Source: an uncultured Flavobacteriaceae bacterium
GTDB lineage: Bacteria; Bacteroidota; Bacteroidia; NS11-12g; UBA955
Direction of reading: 5' to 3'
Length of the DNA: 59,177 bases
Assembly (NCBI GenBank): GCA_964554385.1
Contig: CAZKOM010000001.1
Location: 1-59,177, forward strand
Below, one piece after another: positions 55,243-59,177 of this stretch (position 1 is the stretch's first letter; each line of letters starts with the position of its first letter). The notes below the pieces were generated by a model. It was not told the DNA's origin, did no database searches, and saw only the letters and a program-made list of their open reading frames with translations. The position numbers were made by a program, and so were the translations under genes.

Positions 55243-57153
55243 ATGGAGCAGTTTATTGTTTCGGCCCGAAAATACCGACCCACTACGTTTGAAGATGTAG
55301 TAGGGCAGAAACATGTGGCGGAAACGTTGATGCATGAAATCAACAATAATAAACTAGCCCAAGCTTTTTTATTTACAGGTCCGAGGGGGGTAGGTAAAAC
55401 TACCTGTGCACGGATTTTGGCTAAGGTTATTAATACCCAAGAAAATTCTGATCCCGATCAAGATTTTGCATTTAATATTTTCGAGATGGATGCTGCTTCC
55501 AATAGTGGAGTAGAAGATATCCGAAATCTAATTGAACAGGTGCGAATTCCGCCGCAAGTTGGTAAATACAAGGTATATATTATTGACGAGGTACACATGT
55601 TGTCACAAGCAGCATTTAATGCTTTCTTGAAAACTTTAGAAGAACCTCCGGCGTATGCAATTTTCATTTTAGCCACAACAGAAAAGCATAAAATTCTACC
55701 AACTATTTTAAGTAGATGTCAGGTGTTTCATTTTAATCGTATAGAAACGATTGATATGGTGAATCACCTAAAAGGAATTGCTGAAAAAGAAGGTGTATTT
55801 GCCGATGAAGATTCTTTGCATTTAATCGCGAGAAAGGCGGATGGGGGACTTAGAGATGCGTTGAGTATGTTTGACCAGTTGGTGAGTTTTGGTGGCGGTA
55901 AGATAATTTATGAAACAGCGGTTGAAATACTCAGTGTATTGGATACGGATGTGTTTTTTGAATTGGTTAACGACTTATTAGACAATAATGTAGCCAACAC
56001 ATTGTTGATGTACGATAAAGTAATTCGAAAAGGATTCGATGGTTCCATTTTTATTGGTGGTTTAGCAGCACACTTTCGGAATTTGGCCGTTTCTAAAGAC
56101 TCCAAAACAGAAAATCTCTTGGATGTTTCAGCAACCTTTAGGCAGAAGTATCTTGAACAGTCAAAACGCAGTAGTTTCTCCTTTATCCTCAATGCTTTAA
56201 ATTTAGTTAATGAAGCAGACGAGAAATATAGAAACAGTAGAAATCCTCGATTGATGGTAGAATTGCTGTTAATGAAATTAGCCAATTTGAATGCCTTAAT
56301 TGCGGTTGCTCCAGCTTGGGAAGACTTAAAAAAAAAACTTAACCAAGGCGGAGTATCGCAGTTAGGATCAGGCGCCTCTCAAATTCGAACGGCAAACGAC
56401 CGATTGCAAGCCGTAATTATTGAAGAAAAAGACACAAAATCTACGGATATTCCCAAAATTCAATCTAAAGCTAATGAAGTACTTGGCGGAAAATTATCCT
56501 CATTTGAAGCGTTTAAACGTCAAAAATTAGCAGAGAAAGCAACTCAATCGGGAGGTAAAAATAACATTCAAGAAAATCAAGAATCTTCCATTAATATTGA
56601 ACAAAACCTTGATTCAAATTCAGCAAATCAGCAGAAAATAGACAGTAAAATTTCGCTTTCTCAAGGATTAAATGAGCTCAATAACAACGAATTTAATCAG
56701 ACACAAAATAAAATCCAGCAATTAGAATCATCAGGTAGTTCCACGCAACCGCTGGAAGTGTTTGAAAATGAAATTGATAATTCATCCATTAAACGGGTAA
56801 CTGTAAGTTCGGAACAATTAAATTCTGCAATTAAACAATTTATTTCTACTCAAGGTGCTCGTGTTTCTTCCGCATTAAAACTGTTGACCTACTCGTTAAC
56901 TTCTGAAAATTCCTTGAAAATAGTGTTAGGCTCTAAAGCCCAAGAAGGACTCATTGAAGAAGTAAGAGCATCATTAATTCAATTTTTAAATAAAACTTTA
57001 CCAGTTAAGGTAACAGGATTAGAAACTGAATTAGCTGAGTTGGAGAATACAGAAAGACGACCTTATACCGATAGAGAAAAGTTGGAATATTTAACAAAAA
57101 AACACCCTTTATTGGCGAAAACTATTGAAGATCTACAATTGCGAATTCCCTAA
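55243..57153 (+). CDS. dnaX: DNA polymerase III subunit tau (gamma/tau gene)
   Basis: AAA+ clamp-loader module (GPRGVGKTT, IIDEVHML, SRCQ), then a Q/N/S-rich low-complexity linker and a C-terminal domain. 636 aa. Confidence 0.95.
   Translation: MEQFIVSARKYRPTTFEDVVGQKHVAETLMHEINNNKLAQAFLFTGPRGVGKTTCARILAKVINTQENSDPDQDFAFNIFEMDAASNSGVEDIRNLIEQVRIPPQVGKYKVYIIDEVHMLSQAAFNAFLKTLEEPPAYAIFILATTEKHKILPTILSRCQVFHFNRIETIDMVNHLKGIAEKEGVFADEDSLHLIARKADGGLRDALSMFDQLVSFGGGKIIYETAVEILSVLDTDVFFELVNDLLDNNVANTLLMYDKVIRKGFDGSIFIGGLAAHFRNLAVSKDSKTENLLDVSATFRQKYLEQSKRSSFSFILNALNLVNEADEKYRNSRNPRLMVELLLMKLANLNALIAVAPAWEDLKKKLNQGGVSQLGSGASQIRTANDRLQAVIIEEKDTKSTDIPKIQSKANEVLGGKLSSFEAFKRQKLAEKATQSGGKNNIQENQESSINIEQNLDSNSANQQKIDSKISLSQGLNELNNNEFNQTQNKIQQLESSGSSTQPLEVFENEIDNSSIKRVTVSSEQLNSAIKQFISTQGARVSSALKLLTYSLTSENSLKIVLGSKAQEGLIEEVRASLIQFLNKTLPVKVTGLETELAELENTERRPYTDREKLEYLTKKHPLLAKTIEDLQLRIP
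56328..56342 (+). other. Candidate dnaX recoding site: A10 tract followed by ACT TAA in the -1 frame
   Basis: The zero frame reads TTA AAA AAA AAA CTT AAC (L362-K-K-K-L-N). The -1 frame after the tract reads ACT TAA (56337-56342). The +1 frame closes at TAG 56363-56365. Confidence 0.4.
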
Positions 57154-57192
57154 TCGGCAATTATTCTATTTTTATAGGTTATTTTAGTCGAT

Positions 57193-57214
57193 TTGCTTCT
57201 AAAAGCAAGCTTTT
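57193..57214 (+). terminator. Weak hairpin plus T-tract after dnaX
   Basis: TTGCTT-ctaa-AAGCAA-gc-TTTT. The stem is only 6 bp with 2 GC pairs. Confidence 0.3.
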
Positions 57215-57240
57215 ATTTGTTATTTTGTGAAAGGATATTC

Positions 57241-58434
57241 ATGCCAAATTTATCGTTTCAAAACACGGAAATTGCCTTTGCCCATAAATCAACGAAAGAG
57301 TTGAAGCAGGCAAAAATGTTATTTAAATCCTTCAATTACCCTTGGCTTATTAAACACGGAGATACCTTAGCCAGACTGGCAATTGCAATCGGTTGTAAAT
57401 CGGTTATCAAAAATACTATCTTCAAGCAGTTTTGTGGGGGAGAATCCATCACCGAATGCGAACAACGAATTCAGTCATTGGCAATTTCCCAAATTGGAAC
57501 TATTTTGGATTATTCTGTGGAAGGGGAAGAGGAGGAATCTGTTTTTATTGCTACATGCGAAGAGATAAAAAAGACCATTGACAAAGCCGCTGGAAATCCT
57601 CAAATTCCTTTTAGTGTATTTAAAGTTACGGGTATTATTGCGTTTGAAATATTGGAAAAAGCTTCAAACCTAATATGTAAACAGAATCAATTACCGAGTT
57701 CGGAAATTGGCAAACTATTATCTCCGGATGACGCTAAACATTGGGAACTGGGGGTTGCGAGATTTTTTGATATAGCCAAGCATGCACATTCCAAACAAGT
57801 CCGATTGTTTATAGATGCCGAAGAATCTTGGATTCAACCTGCTATTGATCGTTTAGCGGAAGAGGCGATGGAGCTGTACAATATGGAAATGGCAATAATT
57901 TTTAATACGATTCAGTTGTACCGTCATGATCGACTTGCGTATTTAAATCACATGATCAATTCCTCTTCTGGATTTTTAGGATTTAAGTTAGTTCGAGGTG
58001 CTTACATGGAAAAAGAAAGAGCTAGAGCTAAAGAATTTGGATATGTCGATCCAATTCAACCCAATAAGGCTCCCACGGATGCGGATTACAATGCTGCAGT
58101 AAAATTGTGGTTAGAAACCCACGCCCGAGTTTCTGTTTGTATAGGTACTCATAACGAAGAAAGTAGTTTGTTAGGTACACAAATTCAAGCTGCTCAAAAT
58201 ATTGAATCGAATAGTTCCCATGTCTTTTATTCTCAATTATTGGGAATGAGCGATCATATCAGTTATAACCTAGCGCATGCGAAGTATAATGTTTGTAAAT
58301 ACGTACCCTACGGACCAGTGAGTGCCGTGATTCCATATCTAACGCGTAGAGCACAAGAAAATAGCGGAATGGCGGGTCAAATGGGTAGAGAACTTTCCTT
58401 GATTAATTCCGAAATAATAAGAAGGAAATCATGA
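57241..58434 (+). CDS. Proline dehydrogenase (monofunctional)
   Basis: The start is taken at the ATG at 57241 (MPNLSFQNTEIAFAHKS...). PRODH TIM-barrel pattern (LVRGAYMEKER, QLLGMSD, VPYGP...YL.RR..EN). Confidence 0.82.
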   Translation: MPNLSFQNTEIAFAHKSTKELKQAKMLFKSFNYPWLIKHGDTLARLAIAIGCKSVIKNTIFKQFCGGESITECEQRIQSLAISQIGTILDYSVEGEEEESVFIATCEEIKKTIDKAAGNPQIPFSVFKVTGIIAFEILEKASNLICKQNQLPSSEIGKLLSPDDAKHWELGVARFFDIAKHAHSKQVRLFIDAEESWIQPAIDRLAEEAMELYNMEMAIIFNTIQLYRHDRLAYLNHMINSSSGFLGFKLVRGAYMEKERARAKEFGYVDPIQPNKAPTDADYNAAVKLWLETHARVSVCIGTHNEESSLLGTQIQAAQNIESNSSHVFYSQLLGMSDHISYNLAHAKYNVCKYVPYGPVSAVIPYLTRRAQENSGMAGQMGRELSLINSEIIRRKS

Positions 58435-59177
58435 ATTCCATCAGCGAGAAAATAAGTAAATGGTCGCCATGGATAGCCTTGGTTGGAATTTTTTACGTGT
58501 TAATTGGTGGTTTATTATTACCGTTGAATCCTGGAATTACCGGAGTAAATAAATCCTTGTTGTATTCGGATTCGGTTCAGACAATTACCGTAAAGACATA
58601 TCAATTTCCCAAACATACTGTTATAAGGAAGGTTTGGTTAAGAACCACTATTCCCAATAAACAAGGTGCATTTTCATTTTTTGAAGCAAAGGTATTTGCA
58701 CAAGATAAAGTAGATGTTACCAATACATTTGCAATTCAAACCCATTGTATTTTGGGTAATTCCGATGTGAAATCGCAAGACTTGGATTTATGGGTAGAGT
58801 ATAACAACGATTTAATTTTCTTGCCCAAGAGTTTTTATTTAAAAAAATCGGTTAAAGATACAATTCAGAAATCGGCAAACTTCGCGGATTTTAATACTAA
58901 AGATCGTTTAAATGACAGCAAAGGATTGACCTTTCCTAATCGTGTTACGTTAAATGAGAGTATTCGAAATTTGTTTTATCATGTGCCCATGTGGTTTTCC
59001 ATGATATTGCTATTGGCAGTAGCTGCCATCTTTGGAATACTATATTTAACTAATGGGAATTTAGAAAATGAGTACCGATTTGATGCTTTAATAAAGGTTG
59101 GAATTGTATGTGGCGTGCTCGGTATGATTACTGGTGCCACTTGGGCTAGAGCAACCTGGGGTTCTTGGTGGCCAAAG
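58431..59177 (+). CDS. ccsA: Cytochrome c biogenesis heme-handling protein (CcsA/CcmC family), 3'-truncated by window edge
   Basis: This ORF is not in the ORF track because it has no stop codon before the window edge. It is an ATG at 58431 in an ATGA overlap with the proline dehydrogenase stop, and the frame stays open for 249 codons to the window end. It has an N-terminal TM segment, a ~170-aa outside domain, then NLFYHVPMWF and GATWARATWGSWW, which resembles the start of the Trp-rich WGxxWxWD heme-handling motif. Confidence 0.6.
   Translation, partial: MNSISEKISKWSPWIALVGIFYVLIGGLLLPLNPGITGVNKSLLYSDSVQTITVKTYQFPKHTVIRKVWLRTTIPNKQGAFSFFEAKVFAQDKVDVTNTFAIQTHCILGNSDVKSQDLDLWVEYNNDLIFLPKSFYLKKSVKDTIQKSANFADFNTKDRLNDSKGLTFPNRVTLNESIRNLFYHVPMWFSMILLLAVAAIFGILYLTNGNLENEYRFDALIKVGIVCGVLGMITGATWARATWGSWWPK

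Noticed and set aside
1-59177. Search for rRNA/tRNA genes, CRISPR arrays, transposases, integrases, phage or known defence genes, and reverse transcriptases
   Set aside because: No intergenic gap except 47174-47451 exceeds about 220 nt. None shows tRNA-like GC-rich arms or direct-repeat/spacer structure. No ORF has transposase, integrase, RT or nuclease-helicase defence signatures. The window reads as core genome.

Overview
This is an AT-rich chromosomal segment, about 95% coding by my gene calls, that reads as core genome of a Bacteroidota bacterium. The lineage call rests on three proteins with T9SS C-terminal sorting domains, recurrent TAnnTTTG -7 promoter boxes, a His_kinase/LytTR pair, and many starts without a Shine-Dalgarno sequence.

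I call 49 protein-coding genes, two of them cut by the window edges. Most are housekeeping:
- Central metabolism: rpe, folP, fumC, maeB, alanine dehydrogenase-family enzyme, HMG-CoA lyase, proline dehydrogenase, dapD.
- Nucleotide synthesis: pyrC, purN, purC, a PyrR-like PRTase.
- Replication and repair: recF, dnaE, dnaX.
- Envelope and secretion: TonB-dependent-type barrel, RseP, MltD-like transglycosylase, LTA-synthase-like sulfatase, GT2 and GT4 glycosyltransferases.
- Two two-component systems (OmpR type and LytS/LytTR type).
- Redox proteins (trxA, redoxin, SDR, FAD oxidases).

I found no rRNA, tRNA, CRISPR array, transposase, integrase, phage gene or recognisable defence gene. I could not identify a convincing multi-gene novel system, so everything flagged below is a hypothesis.

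The items most worth a second look are:
1. An A10 tract in dnaX at the domain III/linker boundary, with a stop two codons into the -1 frame. It is a candidate tau/gamma recoding site.
2. A 5'-truncated coiled-coil protein with 17 Cys and EDCTP[FY]K repeats.
3. Fourteen exact TAnnTTTG boxes, nine of them only 4-10 nt from the start codon. This suggests leaderless or near-leaderless mRNAs.
4. A small membrane-anchored CxxC protein 7 nt upstream of a LytS/LytTR pair.
5. A TIGR02757/DUF2400-type gene translationally coupled between a Cys/Met PLP enzyme and trxA.

Several ORF-track N-termini (TTG/GTG extensions) were trimmed to downstream ATGs.
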